Origin: Isurus oxyrinchus
Taxonomy: Eukaryota
Reading direction: 5' to 3'
Length of the DNA stretch: 64,000 nucleotides
NCBI GenBank assembly: GCA_026770705.1
Contig: JANJGN010000009.1
Coordinates: forward strand, 32,736,001 to 32,800,000
Shown here: positions 1 to 11,800 of the stretch, one piece after another
How positions within the stretch are numbered: the stretch's first letter is position 1
Layout: each line of letters starts with the position of its first letter
Notes under the pieces: model-generated
Told to the model about the DNA's origin: nothing
Database searches by the model: none
What the model saw: only the letters and a program-made list of their open reading frames with translations
Program-made: the position numbers and the translations under genes

Positions 1-1234
1 AAGGCTAATTATTTAAAATGGAAAATTGGGGGTTCGCTAGGGCTTGAGGTCCTTGTGCAATTTAGCTATATTCAGATGATTTCAAGATCACAGCTAAATA
101 AATACTTACCACCATCTGAATCAACATAACATGGTGTACCCTTGTGCTATGAGGCCAGTAAACACTGGCTACAAAGAGCCCTTGACAAAGCTCTCAGTGT
201 ACATAAAAATAAATAGATAATGCCTCAACTAAAATAATGGGCTGAGTATGCTAAGAATGAGTAAGATTTGTAATATCCCAAATCATAACCTCAGAGCAAC
301 ATCTTACCAGTGTTCATGCTGTCATTCTGGCTGGACATCTAAAGCCATGGAAGATTTTTTTTTCAGAATGCATCTATCATGTACGAAATCTAAACTGTCA
401 GAGAACTAGTGTCTGCAATCAGCAAGTGAGGGTAAAAGTCACTGACACCCTTTTCCCCAGGAGAGTACATTTTCTGGGACAGCATTTCTCTATGGGTTTG
501 ATCCATACAAGCAACATGCATAGGATTATTGATTCATTATTCCTATCTTCTATATTGCTATTTTATGATCTTAATGGGCTATAATAACCCAGTCATTTCA
601 ATGATCTCCAGGGCAAATGTTTTTTGATGGGCTGACAAAAGTGACCTCTAAGTGAACTTATCTGCAGTCACCCTTTCTGCACTTATCCCAGAGCAACAAT
701 AGCCATGTCCAGTTATGAAGGTCGATTGCTGTAGTTCTGGCTGTTAGGGTGATGATTTTGAACAAATGTACTTGAGTACGTGGTTAGTCAAAAATTATTT
801 ATTTTTAGTTGACAGTAACTAAGGAACTTTTGTGCCAGATTAAGTTACTGTGAAATTGTCTGCATTGCCAAACCACCTCAGCATCTAATAAACTGAAATC
901 TGAGTGATTTTCAAAAAAAATATATTTTGCATACGCTTCTTCAGGGAAGTAAAGCTGCAAGAAGATTTTTATTTCCATACAGCAAATTACAACATTTAAC
1001 TAACTCAATTTGGAAAGGACAGCTATCTTAGAGAGATGTATTTCCACACAGTTTGCTGGAAGTGTGATAATATTATTGTAATTTGTCTGAATGTATCAGA
1101 TAGAGGAAGGAGGAACTATTTCCAGTCAAAATAAGGGTGGAAATTCAATTTTGTTTTGTCCTGTCTTTTAGATATAAAATTGATGTTAGGGCAATAAATT
1201 TTGAGGCCCAGGCTCCCACTTGCAACTTCCCTCA

Positions 1235-1655
1235 GGGTTATATCCACTGGAATTTGGAAGAGTAAGAGACAACTTGATTGAAACATATAAGATCCTGAGG
1301 GGACTTGACAGGGTGGATGTGAAAATGATGTTGCCTCTTGTGGGAGAATCTAGAACTCAGGGTCACTGTTTCAAAATAAGTTATTGCCCAGTTAGGACAG
1401 AAAAAGCATTTCTCTCGGAGGGTTGTGAGACTTTGGAATTCTCTTCCTCGAAAGGTGGTTGAGGAAGAGTCCTTGAATATCTTCAAGGCAGAGATAGATA
1501 GGTTCTTGAAAAGCAAGAGGGAGAAACGTTATGAGGGGTAAGCAGGGGTGTGAAGTTGAGATTAAAACCAGATCAGCCATGATGTTACTGAATGGCGGAG
1601 CAGGCTCAAGGTGTCAAGTGGTCTATTCCTGCTCCTAATTTGTATGTTCATATAT
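1235..1655 (+). mobile_element. CR1 LINE 3' fragment (ORF2 C-terminus and 3' UTR)
   Basis: ORF GLYPLEFGRVRDNLIETYKILRGLDRVD...GESRTQGH is typical of the CR1 ORF2 end; followed by ...cctgctcctaat-tgtatgttc tail like the other CR1 copies here. Confidence 0.85.
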
Positions 1656-1856
1656 TAGTGTAGTGACCGCCATGTTGGATCTGGTGGTTTTTATTGAGTT
1701 CAGTTGGCTGTCTGACAACAGTGAGGGATCATTAAAATAAGAGTCTTGAACATGTCAAAGCATCCTTTTCCGAAATTGAACTAATTCTTAAGCCTGCCCT
1801 GTAAAACTTGGTGCTACTGTTGGAAAGCAAGTGGCAGCAGTGCCATTTATAGGACA

Positions 1857-2770
1857 TTAAAACAGAAAATGTTGGTAATGCTCAGTATCTATGGAGGAAG
1901 AAACAAAGTTAACAAGCTGGATTTTCTAGGGGGACCTCAGAAGCCCAGCATCGGGTCCATATAGGGGCACTGGCCCAATCCATTTTAATTTTCTGCCCCT
2001 GCACTCGCCATCCTATTGAGGATGGCAGGTGGGCTCCCAATAAGGATGGTGGGTGGGCTTCCAAGGCTGCAGGCCCAATCAGCAGCCACGTCAGGCCGGC
2101 AGCCCTGCCAGGAGATATGGGCTCTACTAAGGTAGGTGAGGACACTTCAACATGGAGGTGTCCTTGGACACCTGCAATAAATTATTCAAACAAAAGAGAC
2201 CTGAAGTTGGTAGTGCCATCAAGATGAGGGGAAACTCTTCCGAGGCCTGTTCATTAACGGAACTGTGGCCTTCATCGGACAGGCCTGTCAGCAGGCCATG
2301 AGTCATCCAGCTCTGATGGCACCTGGCCTGCTCCTGGGAGGCTGCCTCAATTGAGATGGTGGGGCCTCTCCAATGGTAGAAAAATACTGCCACCATTGTC
2401 AAATGGACGTAGGTGGGGCCTTAATTTCACTAATTGACTGCCTGCCTCTATGGACCAGCAGCCTACCTAATTCCCAGTCTATTCTGGGAAAATCCACAGA
2501 CGTGAGATATGCTGGGGAGCTGTCCTGATGCAGCTTCCCTCATTCTGTTCCCAGCCCCAACTGCCTCCAACCCTGTCTCCAGGTGGCCAGCAAAATCCAG
2601 CCAACATTTCAGATTGAAGACCTTTCATCAGTTCTGATGGAAGGTCGTTGAATGAAATGTGAACTTTGTTTTTTTTTCTCCGCAGATGCTGCCAGACCTG
2701 ATAAACATTTCCAGCATTTTCTGTTCTTGTTTTCAGCTTTGCAGCATCTGCAGGATTTTGCTTTTATTTA
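1857..2770. mobile_element. Degenerate Penelope-derived inverted (hairpin) terminal repeat, split by a MITE
   Basis: 1857-1913 (aaaacagaaaatgttgg...aaagttaac) resumes at 2603 (aacatttcagattgaagacctttcatcag), then the inverted arm ttctgatggaaggtc...gcagatgctgccagacctg...ttccagcattttctg. Same family as 4219-4353 and 8024-8239. Confidence 0.7.
1915..2602. mobile_element. Harbinger-type MITE
   Basis: TIR gctggatttt (1916-1925) / aaaatccagc (2592-2601); aac(a) repeated on both flanks; GC-rich non-coding interior. Confidence 0.7.
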
Positions 2771-3116
2771 CAATGGCCATCAGCTGCATTCAGGAAAGTC
2801 TCTGATTTGTCTTTCTGAGTTGCTGGTGGACTCCCGCTTTTGGCTTTTTGGCAGCTGTAGCTTTATGGAAAATCTTTGCAAAGGGACCGTTTAGAAGAGC
2901 AGGACTATCCTCATGCAGTGGCTTAAAGCAGGTGGATGTTCAGGAATCAAACATCCAACTCAACCTAACTGAGAATCATTGCACCGGTGGCTGTGCTTTA
3001 GAAAGGCTGCTGTAATAGAGCTAAGTCAAATGCTGCAGCACCAATTGCACCAATTTAATCAAATGCGGCATGAATGCCAATTTCACTCTTGTCGCTACAT
3101 TGGATGATCAAGTGTG

Positions 3117-3510
3117 CAACAACAACAGCTTATATTTATATCACACCTGTAATGTAATGAAATATCCCAAGGGACTTCACAGAGGCATTATAAAACAAAG
3201 CATGACTGAGCCCCATAAGGAGTTATTAGGTCAGATAACCAAAAGCTTGGTTAAAGGAGTAAGTTTTAAGGACTGCCTTAAAGGATGAAAATGAGATAGG
3301 GAGACGTTGATGTTTGCAGATGGTATTCCAGAGCTTGGAGCCTGGGGAACAGAAGGAATGACCACCAATGGTGGAGGAACTAAAATTGAGAATGCTTGAG
3401 AGGCCAGAATTTGAGTGCAGATATCTTAGAGAATTGTGGGCTGAAGGAGATTACAGAGATAGGGAGGGGTGAGGTCATGGAGGGGTTTAAAGTATAGATG
3501 TTGCTTAACT
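3117..3510 (-). mobile_element. L2 LINE 3' fragment
   Basis: Starts with (aac)n-ttatatttatat, the reverse complement of the L2 ...tataaat...(gtt)n tail; internal ttccagagcttggagcct and gtaagttttaaggactgccttaaagga are typical of antisense L2 3' ends. Confidence 0.7.
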
Positions 3511-4218
3511 GGGAGTGCAGTCTGACTTGTTACCTGCTTCACACCTGTTTCCAGTTCTACTCAAATTTCCACTGCATAGTTTCCACATAACATACAGCAA
3601 TGTGAATATATCGAATCCAAAATAAATAATCAATTGTACGAATTCTTCTATTTCACCTTGAATTCAGCATTTGTCCAGAACCGCAAAGTGGAAACTGCTC
3701 ATTGTTTTTTTTCAGCTTTTATTATAGAGGTGAATCTTACGATCATTGGTGTTATGTTACCATTGATAACTTGTTCAAATGGCATGCAAAATTAGACAGT
3801 GGAGGAAACTTTCCAAATTTTTGTTGGTGATGAAGAACTTTGACATCATTAATCTTTATCAAAAGATTCAGGCTAGTGAATATTGGCAGGCTATTTTACA
3901 ATTGTCACCACGGTGTGTTGTGTGCAATGTGGAATATTAATCATCAGTTTCATTGGCTGGTGTGATACCTTGGATTGATTTTAAAAAGGAAAGAAACAGC
4001 TAGAACTGCAAAAACACGGTTTTCAAATGGCTGCAGAAGTCACTTGACCTACAAGTTGGCCAAGTTGCTAGAAGCTTCTAAACCAGGGATATTGATAGTC
4101 AGCTCGCCTGATGGTCTTCACACTTGCCATTTTCTGAACATTTTGCAAAACATAAGAACAATAGTCACCAGATTTCCTAACTTCAGAAACTGACAGGAAC
4201 AATGAAGAGCTAACAAAA

Positions 4219-4353
4219 ATAAAAGCAAAAAAACTGCGGATGCTGGAAATCCAAAACAAAAATAAAAATACCTGGAAAAACTCAGCAGGTCTGACAGCAT
4301 CTGCGGAGAGGAACACAGTTAACGTTTCAAGTCCATATGACTCTTCAACAGAA
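4219..4353 (-). mobile_element. Short Penelope-derived element with hammerhead motif
   Basis: Homologous to the 3' end of the Penelope at 30375-30500; 9-bp direct repeat ctaacaaaa at 4210-4218 and 4354-4362 (TSD). Confidence 0.8.
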
Positions 4354-4355
4354 CT
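4317..4355 (-). ncRNA. Minimal hammerhead ribozyme-like motif
   Basis: Minus strand reads agtt CTGTTGA a gagtc atatg gactt GAAAC gtt aact. Confidence 0.6.
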
Positions 4356-4369
4356 AACAAAACCCATTA

Positions 4370-5180
4370 TGTGAGGAGGGTGCTAAGGACACTCTATCTG
4401 TTTTGATGGTATCTTGATGGACTTGAAAATGGGAGATCAAAGCTCCTTCATTAATATGGATTCCCCTCGATTGTATGCGAATAGCAGCTGTCACCAGATT
4501 AGAGCCCCACTTCTGAAAAACTATGATTTTAAACTTATCTGTTTTTTACAGCAAAAGAGGAGTCTGCAGAAGGCACCAATAATATCTAGAAGAAGACTGA
4601 AAAATGTAACATCATCTCTCTCCCTGCTCTTCTCAAGTTCAGACACTATCGGTTATATTTGGAATACATCACAGAGATAGAGAATTTCAGCTGAAAGAAT
4701 CTTCAATTATCATAGCATCCAGTTTGGAGAAGGATGGACTATAGGTTAAAATGGACTGTCTGCAGAAAAACAACCAGCCCACATCAGCTGCAACAGCCCT
4801 GGAATTTCAAGGCTCCTTTTTGTTTTTGTTTTTTTCTTAGACACTAATTAACTTATATCAATTCCATCTCCTCCACCCTGTAACTTGTTCTGTTTTGCAT
4901 GCTAGTGTGTGTGCGTGTATGTCATGAGATTCAGGGTATGTTTTGCCTTTCACATACGTCTTTTACTTTTACCTGAGTGAGTTTTTAACAATAAAACCAG
5001 CTAATTACGTATTAACTCAAGAGATCTAGCTGGCATATTTCTTCATACAGCTTTACATACGGTTAAGTACATACTGAATTGAAAAAAATCACAATGTTTT
5101 AAAAATTAATACTCTGTTATAACCAACCTCAGGAGTGGAAAAGTGAGGAATGTATTCACCTGTCTGAACTTGGTTGTAAC
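4370..5180. mobile_element. Probable decayed solo LTR
   Basis: Starts tg, ends ...ttggttgtaac; contains a (gt)n stretch and aataaa like other LTRs in the window; no TSD confirmed. Confidence 0.35.
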
Positions 5181-5244
5181 TGAATGGAGATTATCAAGGT
5201 TAAGTCCATTCTTGCAGGTTAAAACCATGTTGTATATTTTATAC

Positions 5245-5340
5245 AAAAACAAAAAGTGCTGTGGATAGATGGTGCCAGACCTGAGTTTTTCCAGCACATT
5301 CTGTTTCTATTCAGACCTCTGAATTTTGTTTTTATTTTAT
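5245..5340 (+). mobile_element. Degenerate Penelope-derived short repeat
   Basis: agatggtgccagacctgagtttttccagcacattctgttt matches the family core gcagatgctgccagacctgctgagtttttccag. Confidence 0.55.
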
Positions 5341-5644
5341 CACATTTTATATATTTGATTTCCCTCAGAGCAATGCAGAAACGATACTAGTTCTGAGATT
5401 ACAACAGATTGACAATATTTACAGTACTTTAAAATATCTCAGCAACCACAGGATTTCTATACTCATGTTCACTGCTCAGGCTTCTTAGGTCTTTCTGGAA
5501 GCTTCTGTTTACTTAAATTCTCAGAGATTCCACCCAGATTTCATCAATCAAGCACATTGAACACAGATCAATCAACTGAGTAACATAATCAAACACAGAT
5601 CAATTAAATCATTGAGCACTACAAGTACCAATAACACTTATTGT

Positions 5645-5790
5645 CTAATTTCTATTTATGGGTCTTTTCTGTGTGTAAATTGGCCACTTTTTTGCCAGCC
5701 TAACAATAGTGACTATACTTCTAATGTTGGCTGTGTAGCACCTTGGTACATGCTGAGGATGTGAAAAGTACTGTATAACTGCAATTTCAT
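5645..5790 (+). mobile_element. DeuSINE/SacSINE1-like 3' fragment
   Basis: gtgtgtaaattggc...aacaatagtgactatactt...ttggctgt...tgaggatgtgaaaag...tataactgcaa resembles the L2-derived tail of shark DeuSINEs. Confidence 0.55.
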
Positions 5791-7524
5791 TCTTTCTAAA
5801 GCAGGTCAATGTCTTAAGTGTTTTGTCAGAACAAAACATGTTTGATGTTAGGTCTATGCCCAAAACATTGAACAGACTTTCCTCATTTTGCAGATACTGT
5901 CTGGTCTATTGTATATTTTCAAAATATTTTATTTTTATTTCCTGTTTCCAGCATTTATAACTTTTCTTATTAAGGTAAATTAGCTAACCCTGAATGGGGA
6001 ATCATTTACGAAGGAAACAGCTGTCAAATAATTGACACTATAATGTTGTAGCCTCATCTCCACTCCATCATCTCTTGTATGTGTGAGATTTACCTTTTCA
6101 TCACTTGAAGCTGATTTTATTCTTTATTGACATTTACATATTTGACATTATCCAATTTGGATAATGGTCGGAAGTATGAATGGTAGCTCATTTCCCCCTT
6201 CTTCAACACATGGGAAATGGAGTCAACTGTAGCCCTCCAAATGCTTACACATCTAAGATAAACTGACCAAAAATCAAAGTTGGGAGTTTCTTGGTCTAAG
6301 TTTAGTTCCATACTAAACTCAAATTCAGGATTTGTTAAAATAAATAAAGCACATCAATTGGAACCAACAGTATTTTGTGTATGCATGATAATTTTGTTCA
6401 GGTAAAAATTATTGGATTGGATTCTAAAGACAACTTGTGTTATATATTTACTACATCTGCTCAATTTATTCTTTCCCATCCGTCAACCAAGATTAATACA
6501 TGCAACATTTACAGGAATCAATGTAGGTTATTCATGTATTAGCATTACCTGTTAGCAACCTACCCTTTAGATAATAGTACACAAATCCTAAAAGATTACA
6601 AATGCAGATCCTGAGGACTGCTTTCAGCTATATAGTAAGCTCCACAATATTTTCATAATTGCCTAGGTGACGGACCAAGGCTCTTCATGCAAGGTTACAA
6701 AGAGTAGGAAAAGAAAAGACAAGATACATCAAGTGGTTTTGGATTGTACAGTTTCATGATGTTTATTTAGTATTTCTAGGGGTGATGGGAAAAGATGCTT
6801 GGCAGCCCGTGTATTTTCTGCAAGAGATGACTCAAAGTGAATTATTAAAATTCAGCATGTTAACCTATATACAGCAGAAAATAAATATGAAATTTTGGTT
6901 TATGGGGGTCTCATATTGCTTGGGGAAACTGCTATCGAACTAAGAACATGAGAAGCTTGGAAGAAGCAAAGGTTGTAATATGTGAGTCACTGTCTGCCAA
7001 ACCAGTGATGTTGCCCACATTGTATCTGTCTTAGTTTGTTTTAAATGAAAGTTTCATTAAAATGACTTGTTTACTTAGGACAGAAGCACTGATATAAATA
7101 CAATTTTAAAAATATCTTTAACCTTGCATAGTGGTAACACACTTGAATGATCACCAAGAGCAGAATTTGTAATTCGGCAGGCGGGTGCAGTCGGCAGGCC
7201 TGGGAGCGACCGGAAAGTGGGATGCCACCCACAATCGGCCCCCATCAGTGATTTCACGCTGACAGGCCAATTAATGCCCGCCCAATGTTCCTGACCGGGC
7301 AGGGCCAAGCGGGGGCCTGTTGGCCACTGGGTCCAATGACGACCTAGGAGCCAGTTTAAAAATGGTCCAGGCAAACCCTGGAAGGCTGCCGGCGAAGAAG
7401 ACATCTTTGGTGTTGTCAAGAGGAAATTATGGCTTCCAGTGCATCTGCAGACGCCAGGCAGGAGGGCAGGTTGGGTGGGCACTCCACCCCCCCCCCAACC
7501 CCGGTTTTCTGATGAGTGCCTCAC

Positions 7525-7707
7525 GGTCTTCCTGGAGGAGGTGGCTGCCAGGAGGGTCACCCTTGTCACCAGGGATGGAAGAAGGAGGCCACTGTGCCTT
7601 ACAAAAAGAACTTGGGGTCTTCCTGGAGGAGGTGGCTGCCAGGAGGGTCACCCTTGTCACCAGGGATGGAAGAAGGAGGCCACTGTGCCTTACAAAAAGA
7701 ACTTGGG
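7525..7707 (+). repeat. Perfect 91-bp tandem duplication
   Basis: ggtcttcctggaggaggtggc...aaagaacttgg starts at 7525 and again at 7616. Confidence 0.95.
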
Positions 7708-8023
7708 AACAGGTGGTAGCGCTGGTCAGCCGCCATGATGTGTGGAGCACTTGGTCCAGTGCCGCAAGAGGTTTAATGAACTGCTGCACTCAGGAAGGAT
7801 GAATAGCGCATTGGCATGGATAAGTGTATTGAAGTGTCAAGGTCTGGCCCTTTCTCCACCCCACCCCCCCCACACCGGGAGCTCAGGTGTGTTAGAGTCT
7901 GAATGCCAAACGGCAATTACGCCAGAGCTGGCCAAGGTGTTGAGACCTGGCTACTTGGACTGAGTGCATGGCGGCTCGAGGGCCATGACTCGAATGTGGC
8001 CTGCAAGGTGTACCTCAGATGGG

Positions 8024-8239
8024 TAAAAGCAAAAAAACTGCGGATGCTGGAAATCCAAAGCAAAAATAAAAATACCTGGAAAAACTAAGCAGGCCTGGCA
8101 GCAGCTGCAGAGAGGAACACAGTTAACGTTTCGAGTCCGTACCACTCTTAACATTTTTACTTAGTTCTGTTGAAGAGTCATACGGACTCGAAACGTTAAC
8201 TGTGTTCCTCTCTGCAGATGCTGCCAGACCTGCTGAGTT
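8024..8239. mobile_element. Penelope-derived inverted-repeat insertion
   Basis: 11-bp TSD cctcagatggg (8013-8023, 8240-8250); arms ~8080-8153 and 8168-8239 are reverse complements. Confidence 0.9.
8163..8201 (+). ncRNA. Minimal hammerhead ribozyme-like motif
   Basis: agtt CTGTTGA a GAGTC atacg GACTC GAAAC gtt aact: stem I agtt/aact, perfect 5-bp stem II. Confidence 0.65.
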
Positions 8240-10185
8240 CCTCAGATGGGGTTGGCCAGGCTGCCATGGCGCTGCAGTTAGCGAGTGGATTAATCTATGC
8301 TCCTCTGACCTTTCAGGAGAAGACGGCTCATAATAACATTGAAAGATTGCGGACCAGTTGAGGCCCCCAAAACCTCCTAATCCTGATGAGGTACGAACAG
8401 ATGCCTTGGAGATAGAGAGCCGGCTCGCACCTCGGCCAACCAGCCCTGGAGAGGCTGGGATGTCAGGTGAAGGGAAGAGTGCAGTGCACAGAGGTGAGAG
8501 CTTCGGATGGTGCAAACAATCATGTGCAGTCTCATCATTGAGGGGAGCCTCAAAACTGGATACCCCATGGATCATTGAAAGACAATGGCACCATGATGCG
8601 GATCTCCATGGTCTCACCAGGGTGTCAGGCATGCACAATGACAGTGTGAGGGCTTAAATTAATGACATGTTATTGTTCTCTCTTAGATTTGCCACCATGC
8701 ACCCAATCGCAGGACCCCAAAGAGCCATCCCTGATGCCAGAGGAACACCAGGCTCCAGATGCATCTGCATCACATCCACTTTCTGAACCAGACACCAGCA
8801 CAGATACGAGCGTCACAGTAGGCATTAGATCAGCGACTAGAATGTCGGTGCACAACGGTGAGGTCACTTCATACTCGCTTGAGGTGCAAGAGGAAGCAGA
8901 GAGTGCCCAGGGCACCGGCAGTCGAAGGGTTGCTGGAGACCAGGACAATGCTGAGTCGAAGGCAGATGATGAGCCTTTGGAGTCCTCCATTAGGAACAGG
9001 TGCTGGATGTCCAGCGGGATATGCAGGAGAATCTGGTGGAGATCCATGAGGGTATGTGTGCCTTGGTCTCCATTATGGAGGACTCCATGTGGAGCATCAG
9101 CACTGTGTTGACCCTCATGGTCAAGCGCAATGCCTCCTCCATTCTGAGAGTGGCGACTCTCATGGAGCTCCAGGAACAGAATCAGGGGTTCATGGGGTTG
9201 TGTTCAGACCTGCAAGCCCTCACACAGGCACTGACCTCAGCTGGTCAGTGTCAGTGTGGGACATGGATGAGGCACTCTGTATCCCAGCTAGATGCCCGTC
9301 CATTCAATGGCGAGTAGCGAAGTCCAGAGCAATCATAAGTTGGCTTACGAGCTTCTTACCGTATCTGTGGGCTCGTCTCAGGGTGCCCTGGATGATGGCA
9401 GTGGCTCCTCCACCCCTCTGCCAGTGACTGTGGCATCTGATGAGGCTGCGGATGCTGGGGACACAAACGTGGCACTGGCTGCTCCCTCCCAGGCTGGGCC
9501 AGCACAGGCTCCACTGGCCAGAGGACAACTGCCATGGTCATCAAGGCCAAAAGGACAGAAGAGTCAGCAGCCTGTCTCAAACGCCATTGCCAGCAAGGGG
9601 GGAGCACCTAGACGTAACACTCGCAAAAGTAAGTTTAAGGCATCATGAGCATAAGAGGGACTGGCTATGGGTGATCTTCTGTTGTGCAATGTTTTGCTTA
9701 TGTTTACTGGTCTGGGGTTGAAGACCAAAGGAGGTTCTGTTAACTTGTTTGGACTATCAAAATGAGATAAATTTTCTTTTGTTGTGATGGCCTGAGTATG
9801 CGTCACCTTTTTTATCTAATGTGGTGCAGGGTACGCCAGTATGTAATGCTAGACATGGGTGGATCTAACTTCATTGCACAGGCACTGCGTGGACATTGGG
9901 GTCAAAGAAAAGGGCCATTTCAGACATCCAGGATGGAGGCAGCAGCCCTGGCATGAGGTGGTAGCACTTATTTGGCAGCCTGACTGAAAGACCATTGGAT
10001 CAAAGTGTCCCTGGTGTCTCTGCCTCACTGGAGGTTACAGAGGTCTGCCTCCATGGCCTCAGTGTTCTCCTCACCATGCTCCTCTTCAGACCCACCATGG
10101 GATTCATCATCTGTGGCCTGTGGTGCTATGTCAACATCCTCTTCCTCCAATGAGTCCACCCTTGCCCATGCCAGATTGTGGAAAG

Positions 10186-11800
10186 CATCATGAAGAGATT
10201 AATAGCTATAGTGCTATTGGAATTTTTTTTTAAAATAGAGTTTAGTGGTATCTGTGTCAATGTGTCTGTATGTTTGTGTGTCTTAATTGGATTAAAGCCA
10301 GCTGGTCTAGAGGCTTTCATGTTTATAAAGAAGTAGGTGTGAAATGGTAATTAGATAAACATGAGGAAGTTTAGAAACATAGGTGTCAAGGGGGTACATT
10401 TACATTTGTTGAATAAACCATTCAAGGCTGTGGGTGAAATCTTGCACCTAGCTAGAAGATGCGAAGCAATGTGTTTTTTTTTCAGCTTACTAATAAAATA
10501 GGTGGAATGATAGATATTATTGTTAGAAGGTGTAACATTAAAAGCCTAGTGATACAATGGAAAATTTATATTCAAAGGAAAAGCTAGGTATAAACAGAAA
10601 GGAGTTTGTGTGTGTAAAACAGAGGCATTTAAGATCTAACCAGCCTGTACACATCCAACTGTGTCTGTGTCATGAAGCTAATAATGTACATAATATTATT
10701 GAAAAATATTTTTCTTATAAAATAGAGGTTTAGTCTGTAGGTGTGTCTTAATTTGATTAAAGCCAGCTAGTCTCTGTGCTTTGATATGTAAGAGAGATAG
10801 TGTGCATTTGCATTTTTTGAATAGAGCATTCAAGAAGTGGGGTGAAAACGGACACCAATCTAGCAGATACCAAGCAACATGTTTATATTACTGATAAAAT
10901 TGGTACTATGAAAAGGGCTTTATTGTTAGAGAGGGTTAGTTCAGAAGTTGGTGATACAATGAGAATTTACATTCAATGGGTGTGCTAGGTTTAACTTCAG
11001 CAGTGTGGTGTGTGTAGAGCAGAATCAATACGAGATCGAAGACACCTGTAAGCCTCCAACTGTCTCCACAGGAACCAAAGTGAAAAGAATCTCATTTTGA
11101 ATTTGTAAGGTGAAAATGCTTTGCCTGGTGTTTGGTTAAATCTATAGGTTGCTGTTGCCTTAATGGAGATTAGTTTGGGAATTTGTTAAAAGTTATGATG
11201 GTAGCACTTTGTAGCCATATATCTGTGTTTAATGTGTTGTAACTTAATAAAATGTTTCATCTAGTTTAATATATAACCTCTCAAGAACTGGTGGTCTGAT
11301 TCCTGAATTTAGAGTTGCATCTCAAAAACAACACTTAAAATTACAGTTTATGATAGTTGTTTAAAGTTTCCCTCTGGGATTTTTAAATAACTCAGCTTTA
11401 CCAACTGTTCGGTTATAACAGTCTGCAAGGAACCAACTTGCAAGGAACCTCATTTTAAATTCATAAGGTCAAATGTGCTTTGTCTGGGGTCTTTTAAGAT
11501 CTATGGGTTACTGTTACCTTGGCAGAGATTTAACTGGGAGTGGTTACTTCAGGGATTTGTTTAAAAGTTATTATAGTAGGAATTTATAGCCATGTGTATG
11601 TGTTTAATTTATGGTTAAATTCATAAATGCTTAATTTAGTTTTATATTAAAATCCTCTTGAGACTCAGTGGTCTTATTACAACTGAATTCAAAGCCTGCA
11701 TCTCAAAACATACAAATTGCAAAAATGGATTATGACAGCTGTTTCAAGTTTCCCTCTGGGATTTGAACAACTCAGCTTTTATCATTGGCTGTGTAATAAT
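10186..11800 (+). mobile_element. Solo LTR (outer), interrupted by a related solo LTR
   Basis: AT-rich insert in the transposase; starts (ca)tcatgaag, ends ...gtgtaata; its two halves are collinear with the inner LTR (e.g. gtttccctctgggattt...aactcagcttt in both). Confidence 0.75.
10668..11420 (+). mobile_element. Solo LTR (inner)
   Basis: TGTcatg...ttataACA termini; 5-bp TSD gtctg (10663-10667, 11421-11425); aataaa near 11246. Confidence 0.85.

Larger units (their letters stand above)
7480..9648 (+). pseudogene. Harbinger Myb/SANT-like DNA-binding protein gene (spliced, disrupted)
   Basis: PRFSDECLTVFLEEVAARRVTL...KRTWEQVVALVS...QCRKRFNELLHSGR fits a NAIF1-type Myb domain. Candidate acceptors ctttcag|8317 and ctcttag|8687, donor 8493|gtgag. 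Last exon ends ...PRRNTRKSKFKAS*. Frameshifted. Confidence 0.75.

Noticed and set aside
367-425. Possible 59-bp exon (ttttttcag| ... |gtgagg) with one open frame (CIYHVRNLNCQRTSVCNQQ)
   Set aside because: Peptide not recognised and no partner exons found; such sites arise by chance. Needs RNA-seq.
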